A stretch of DNA of 43,888 nt, filler included, from Archaeoglobus sp. JdFR-37 (lineage in GTDB: Archaea; Halobacteriota; Archaeoglobi; Archaeoglobales; Archaeoglobaceae): assembly GCA_002010215.1 (NCBI GenBank). It is 8 parts of 8 records of this genome, joined end to end, with 100 filler letters (N's around TTAATTAATTAA, not from the genome) between each part and the next. Parts side by side here need not be neighbours in the genome. Positions count along the whole stretch, not along the records: positions 36,467 to 40,281 come from MTMY01000011.1; positions 40,382 to 43,888 come from MTMY01000026.1; 6 more parts are not named here. The stretch is one strand, 5' to 3'. Positions 39,395-43,888 of this stretch are shown here, one piece after another. The position numbers were made by a program, and so were the translations under genes. The stretch's first letter is position 1; every line of letters starts with the position of its first letter. The notes beneath the pieces are model-generated. The model saw only the letters and a list, made by a program, of their open reading frames with translations, made no database searches and was not told the DNA's origin.

Positions 39395-39629
39395 GGCCAT
39401 AGATATGATGAGAAGAAGGGAGGAAGATATTCTTAGGGCAATCAAACATCTTTCAAAGGAAACAGAGAACTTCAACATACCTGAAATGATGGTGATAGGC
39501 GGATATGCTTTGAGAGCCTTCATCCCCTTTTCCAGATTCACGAGGGACTGCGATTTTGCCGTGAGAAAGAAAAACGGGTGGAACATAGACTACATAAAAG
39601 AGATTCGGCGGTCTTTCCATCGAACATGA
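39381..39629 (+). pseudogene. AbiEii/DUF1814-like nucleotidyltransferase toxin, truncated
   Basis: VIGGYAL...SRFTRDCDF motif. The ORF ends after 82 aa. Confidence 0.65.
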
Positions 39630-39836
39630 GGGGAAAAGAGCACGTAGGCTGATGAATCTCTTCATGTCTTCAAACACATCAAAAACCACAGACTGAAATG
39701 ATTACAGAACGATGAGCTGAACAGACTGCATTATCGATGCGGAAATCATTATGTACCTGAACTATTAGGAATCTGATTCCAAGAGTACATCCAGCCAAAA
39801 CTTCAAACAGCCCTCGCACCTTCCACAACCCTGCAT

Positions 39837-40074
39837 TCACCTTCGCCCCCTTCCGCTTATCTGCATCTCCATCTCCCGCCCCTCCATCCTCCGCAAGTCC
39901 ATCTCCAGTAGCCTGGTCCAGATCTCCACCTTTACAATGGCTTCCTCAGCGGTAATCTCGTCTTTCTCTGCAAGCAACACCTCCTTCAGCACGAAGCCCT
40001 CTGGGAGCTTCAGTGCACCTCTTCAGTGGCCTCATGTCCAGTTTCTTATTCACTAATCCCGTCGTGACTATCAT
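39837..40074 (-). pseudogene. Small frameshifted hypothetical gene
   Basis: MIVTTGLVNKKLDMRPLKR/ALKLPEGFVLKEVLLAEKDEITAEEAIVKVEIWTRLL, with one frameshift near 40017. Confidence 0.45.
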
Positions 40075-40127
40075 ACCTAATTCTTATTACGCCCCATACC
40101 TATATACCTTCTCCGTTAAGAGATGGT

Positions 40128-40281
40128 ATGGATTACCAACCCAAGGTAAGAAACTGGGCGGAAGAGATAGAGAAACTCCTGAAGAACACCCATAAGAGGA
40201 AGATTTTTCTCTACATCCGCATCATAAAAGGGACGGACTTCGCAGATATTGCAAGGTACGTCCGCATTTCACATACAAATC
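40128..40281 (+). CDS. Putative wHTH protein, truncated by contig end
   Basis: KRKIFLYI...TDFADIARYVRISHTN helix-turn-helix pattern. Confidence 0.5.
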
Positions 40282-40381
40282 NNNNNNNNNNNNNNNNNNN
40301 NNNNNNNNNNNNNNNNNNNNNNNNNTTAATTAATTAANNNNNNNNNNNNNNNNNNNNNNNNNNNNNNNNNNNNNNNNNNNN

Positions 40382-40627
40382 CTCCGCCTGGCTCAAAAGC
40401 CTCTTCTTCCAGTGCTGAATCTGGTTGGGGTGCACATCGAACTACTCGGCTAACTCCGCCAGCGTCCGGTCCCCTCGCACCGCCGCCAGCGCCACCTTCG
40501 CCTTGAACCCCGGGGAATGGNTCCTCCTCTTTCTCTTCATCTTCTACCCCTCCTTGCTCTGGACTCTATCGCAGAAGATCCCACTTATAAAACCACTCCC
40601 CCTGTCCAGATAATGGGGTCCACCTCA
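40382..40627 (-). mobile_element. IS3-family element, left end and orfA (nonsense codon at 40442..40444)
   Basis: 5'-TG terminus. orfA from 40540 reads [48 protein letters not shown]. Confidence 0.85.
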
Positions 40628-40764
40628 TCTGCCCCAAAACCCATAGAGCCCTCAACCAACTAAGACCAGAAAGGAGGTGACCAACATCTCAACCAGAGGA
40701 AAAACCGCCCATCAGGGGACATTTTATCCCGGAGAAATGAAGACAAAATCAGCCGGGGTTGACA
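40628..40764 (+). mobile_element. Terminal fragment of another IS (IS21- or IS1202/ISNCY-like end)
   Basis: Ends GGGACATTTTATCCCGGAGAAATGAAGACAAAATCAGCCGGGGTTGACA, with two imperfect subterminal repeats and an ACA terminus exactly where the IS481 frame breaks. Confidence 0.55.
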
Positions 40765-41052
40765 ATAGCGCTCCAGATACCAGGAGATCCTCAGCTGGCC
40801 CAAATGGTAGTGCTCCCTCAGGTAGATGATCTTCTCCTCGATATGGGCTGGTGTGCGCAGCTTGAGGTTCTCAGGGCAGGGCTTGCTGTTGATGAGCCCT
40901 TGCTCCCCCTATTCAGCGTAGACCCTCTTCCATCGATAGAAGGTGTCACGGGAGATCCCAAAATAGCGGCAGGTCTTGGAGACGTTGCCTGTGTGCTCGG
41001 CGTGCCTCAAAACTCGAAGCTTCCTCCGAATGTCCCGTTGTGCTTGTGTCAT
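40765..41052 (-). pseudogene. IS481-family transposase N-terminal fragment (nonsense codon, interrupted)
   Basis: GNVSKTCRYFGISRDTFYRWKRVYAE*GEQGLINSKPCP...RTPAHIEEKIIYLREHYHLGQLRISWYLERY. Confidence 0.8.
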
Positions 41053-41078
41053 ACCACGACCTCCTCTTTTCAATCCTC

Positions 41079-42077
41079 TCAAATTATTTCCTTTAAATCC
41101 TCTAAATCCTCTATCCAAGCATTTATTCCATCAAGTTCTACGCGTTTTATAATGCCCGCCCTGAAAAGCAGTTCATATATTTTACGAAGATCATCCTCAG
41201 GATACCCTGTAAGGACGACTTTATCTAATATTCCTATTACGTTATCTACCTGTGTATAGCAAGGAATTTCGTCTATGAAATCTGACATCAAATTATGTTC
41301 ATTTCGATCTTGATATACTAAAGCAGAGGTAAAGGCTAGTTTTAAGTTTATCTCCCACATTCCCCGTTGTGCAATATACCCACGCAAGATATCCGTAAAA
41401 CGAAAGTTAACGGTAGAAGGTAGATATAAATAGGGAAAGGCTTCTCTAGACCAAATTGTATTCTGTGAATTAAATGGGCAATAGACACCCCTGTCTAGAG
41501 CAATCGGTGTTCTTTCTTTAAACTTCACTAATTTGCCAATTACAAGTCTATAAATAGCATCCACATCAGGATTTCCGTCAGCTAAACCTTGCCAAACCCC
41601 AATTCTCTGATTATGCATCCTACTCATCTTAGGCGTAAATTTATCTGAAACTAAAGAAAGGGGAAACCCTCTTGGCCAAATGAATTCATCAGTAAAAAAT
41701 TTGTAAACATTTACCAACTTAGGCTCAGAAACTATTTCTATAGAACATGGTTCATTACTAATATCCCTCCCCCAAAATTCATAAGGTATGTTATCATCGT
41801 CAGTATCTGCGATAAATTTGGCGCCCTGTTTAATTGCATATAAATATCCTAAATTTTTTCTAGAATAATGATTAAAAGGGCAAAAATTATATAATTTAAA
41901 TCCCATTTTCCTTTGTTCCTCAATCGACAAGAAAGTGATATTGGGATTCGGATGCTTCTCGATAGGAGGCGTTTTCTTATCCCCTACTAAAATTACATGC
42001 CATCCTTCTATTTCAGCAAATTTCCGAACCGCCTCTGTCAGGTCATTAATGCTTGTAATTACAATATATTTTGACAT
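41079..42077 (-). CDS. STELLO/DUF288-like putative glycosyltransferase
   Basis: IVITSIN, GDKKTP, YSRKNLGYLYAI..GA..I.DTDDDN, QGLADGNPDVDAIYRL, PFNSQNT and RFTDILRGY.AQR. Confidence 0.85.
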   Translation of the reverse strand: MSKYIVITSINDLTEAVRKFAEIEGWHVILVGDKKTPPIEKHPNPNITFLSIEEQRKMGFKLYNFCPFNHYSRKNLGYLYAIKQGAKFIADTDDDNIPYEFWGRDISNEPCSIEIVSEPKLVNVYKFFTDEFIWPRGFPLSLVSDKFTPKMSRMHNQRIGVWQGLADGNPDVDAIYRLVIGKLVKFKERTPIALDRGVYCPFNSQNTIWSREAFPYLYLPSTVNFRFTDILRGYIAQRGMWEINLKLAFTSALVYQDRNEHNLMSDFIDEIPCYTQVDNVIGILDKVVLTGYPEDDLRKIYELLFRAGIIKRVELDGINAWIEDLEDLKEII

Positions 42078-42160
42078 CTCCCTCTCTTTCTAAAAAGATT
42101 TACTGTCAGGGGGAAGTTTTCAGGGATTTTCACAACATCGTTGCTTTGTGGCTCATAATT

Positions 42161-43750
42161 CTATAAGAAATTTTTTTTAAAACCTAAAATTTTATCTTTA
42201 ATTACCATAAGTATTAATTTGTCCTCCTTGGACAAACCAAGAGTAGCTAAAGCTATATAGTAGAATCCGATAATACATATGACTCCTACCATACTGAAAT
42301 CATCGAAAGGGGTAAAATCAACTATCCTACCGATTATAGCCGTTAGCATGATAGCTATAGTTCCTGCAGCAATAGGATGAACAAAATATCTATCGTAAAC
42401 GTGTATCTTATACATTCTATAGACAAGAAAAAGTAATATTGTAAATATAGATGTAATCGATATGGTAGTTGCTAAAGCAGCGCCAGTCGCACCAAAAGGA
42501 GGGATTAGGCAAAGATTTAATATAATATTCACCACAACAAGGATAAGACCTGCCGATAGTACAATATTTTGCTTTCCGGTCATCTCAAGAAGCATTCCAA
42601 CAGGTCCTGTCCCAACATTAACAAGCTGACTCACGGACAAAATCATCAAGACTAACGCCCCCCTCCGAAACTCAGGTCCGAATACCAGCATGATCCCTCG
42701 TGGTGCAAAAAAAAAGACGAGAAATATCGGTAGGGTCAAAGTAAATGCCCATCGTGTAACTGTTCGAAAGACATATGATAAGGCCTCGAAATTTCCTTTA
42801 TTATATAAATCCGCTGTGATAGGAGATACAATAGGGAGCAAAGCCAACAAAATCATGGTGAGCAACATAGCTACATTACTTGCAGCAGCATAAATGCCAA
42901 TGTCGCTAGCTTCTCCAAAGTATCCCAACATAAAGCGGTCTGTATAATTGAGCAATAGATAAGAAAAGCCAGCTAGGAAAACTTGTAAGGAGAAGCGAAT
43001 CAATCGCCTCGTCTCATAGATAGGTTTAATGGCCGACAAGATTTCCGGAAAGGTTTTCCATAAAAAGTAAAATCCCAAACACGCGCTCAATACTCCCGAC
43101 GCCAAAAATCCAAATACTGCACCGGATAACCGAAAACCTAAAAGGAAGGCAATACTCACCAAGATTAGATTGGCCAGAGGACGAAAGAGGTTTTCCACCT
43201 GTTGCTGGTACATAACCCGTCGGAATGCCAAAGCAAATGAAGTCATTATACCCATCAGCACATAAAAAGGAACAGCCAGGGCAAAGATCTTAAGCACCCG
43301 TGTTAACTCAGATTCGTTGAAGACCTTTTTGGCGATCATCTCGGCAAAAACAAAAAGGAGTATACTTGCCACCACGCTGGAAATTGTAGAAACGCCCAAT
43401 GCTGCTAAAATCGTCCCCTTTACCCTGGGTTTGTCCCTTTCGCCCCGAGATATCGCACAAAATCGCACAACTCCTTTTGAAAGGCCGAGGGAAGCGACGG
43501 ATTGCGCCATACCCGTCACACTTGTTCCTAAGGAATAGAGTCCAAAACCTCCAGGGCCCAGCACCCTACCAAGCAGAATATTTAATCCGAAACCAGCAAC
43601 CTTACCAATCATATTGCCGCCAAAGGCAACTGTTCCCCCTTTAGCTACCTGTTTTATTAGTTCTTCTATTGGCTCCTCAGCATTCTTGGTGTCGATAAGC
43701 AAAGTTGAAGTCGAGCAATCGTGCAAACAGTTACTTCTGAATTTTTTCAT
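42161..43750 (-). CDS. wzx: Wzx-like polysaccharide flippase (MOP superfamily)
   Basis: Polytopic protein with RVLGP..FGLY, TDRFMLGYF...IGIYAAA and LIPPFGATGAALAT. Start uncertain. Confidence 0.88.
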   Translation of the reverse strand: MKKFRSNCLHDCSTSTLLIDTKNAEEPIEELIKQVAKGGTVAFGGNMIGKVAGFGLNILLGRVLGPGGFGLYSLGTSVTGMAQSVASLGLSKGVVRFCAISRGERDKPRVKGTILAALGVSTISSVVASILLFVFAEMIAKKVFNESELTRVLKIFALAVPFYVLMGIMTSFALAFRRVMYQQQVENLFRPLANLILVSIAFLLGFRLSGAVFGFLASGVLSACLGFYFLWKTFPEILSAIKPIYETRRLIRFSLQVFLAGFSYLLLNYTDRFMLGYFGEASDIGIYAAASNVAMLLTMILLALLPIVSPITADLYNKGNFEALSYVFRTVTRWAFTLTLPIFLVFFFAPRGIMLVFGPEFRRGALVLMILSVSQLVNVGTGPVGMLLEMTGKQNIVLSAGLILVVVNIILNLCLIPPFGATGAALATTISITSIFTILLFLVYRMYKIHVYDRYFVHPIAAGTIAIMLTAIIGRIVDFTPFDDFSMVGVICIIGFYYIALATLGLSKEDKLILMVIKDKILGFKKNFL

Positions 43751-43787
43751 AATCCTCACAAAATCATTGATATGTGCTTCGAATACC

Positions 43788-43888
43788 TGAGGTGGACCCC
43801 ATTATCTGGACAGGGGGAGTGGTTTTATAAGTGGGATCTTCTGCGATAGAGTCCAGAGCAAGGAGGGGTAGAAGATGAAGAGAAAGAG
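43788..43888 (+). mobile_element. Second copy of the IS3-family left end with the orfA start
   Basis: 101-bp exact reverse complement of 40527..40627. Confidence 0.9.

Noticed and set aside
36367..39629. HEPN and nucleotidyltransferase genes as CRISPR ancillary effectors next to the array
   Set aside because: Separated from the array by a linker, so on a different contig. No CARF or cas motifs.
17476..40911. In-frame TAG in three mobile-element genes (17476, 40442, 40909), suggesting amber readthrough or pyrrolysine
   Set aside because: TAG ends normal genes here (liuR, chaperone, manC, wzx). Single transitions from TGG or CAG explain the lesions, and no pyl genes are present.

Overview
The window is eight short contigs joined by artificial 100-bp linkers (N44-TTAATTAATTAA-N44), not one locus. 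Contigs 1-7 look archaeal and Archaeoglobales-like (rpl40e, HAD-ECH fusions, an ATTGAAAG-type CRISPR repeat). They contain: (i) a Tat-exported Nar/Pcr-type molybdoenzyme operon (alpha, FeS beta, NrfD anchor, TorD/NarJ chaperone); (ii) many CoA-dependent catabolic genes: three acyl-CoA dehydrogenases, two HAD-ECH fusions, thiolase-DUF35-SCP2, iorA/iorB, and a family III CoA-transferase pair whose second gene can be rebuilt from a 35-bp overlap between the end of contig 5 and position 1; (iii) a bacterial LiuR-like MerR regulator behind a perfect 22-bp LiuR-type operator in an archaeal promoter; (iv) transport and housekeeping genes; (v) a truncated 56-repeat CRISPR array without cas genes, with one duplicated spacer and one spacer resembling a tRNA 3' end; (vi) a decaying tRNA-targeting integrated element, with the att remnant and integrase N-terminus on contig 3 and the integrase C-terminus, toxin-antitoxin and TPR remnants on contig 7. 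Contig 8 looks bacterial: a flippase and a STELLO-like glycosyltransferase lie between two outward-facing IS3 ends, beside a nest of three IS remnants. Family assignments come from motif recognition by eye; no database searches were run.
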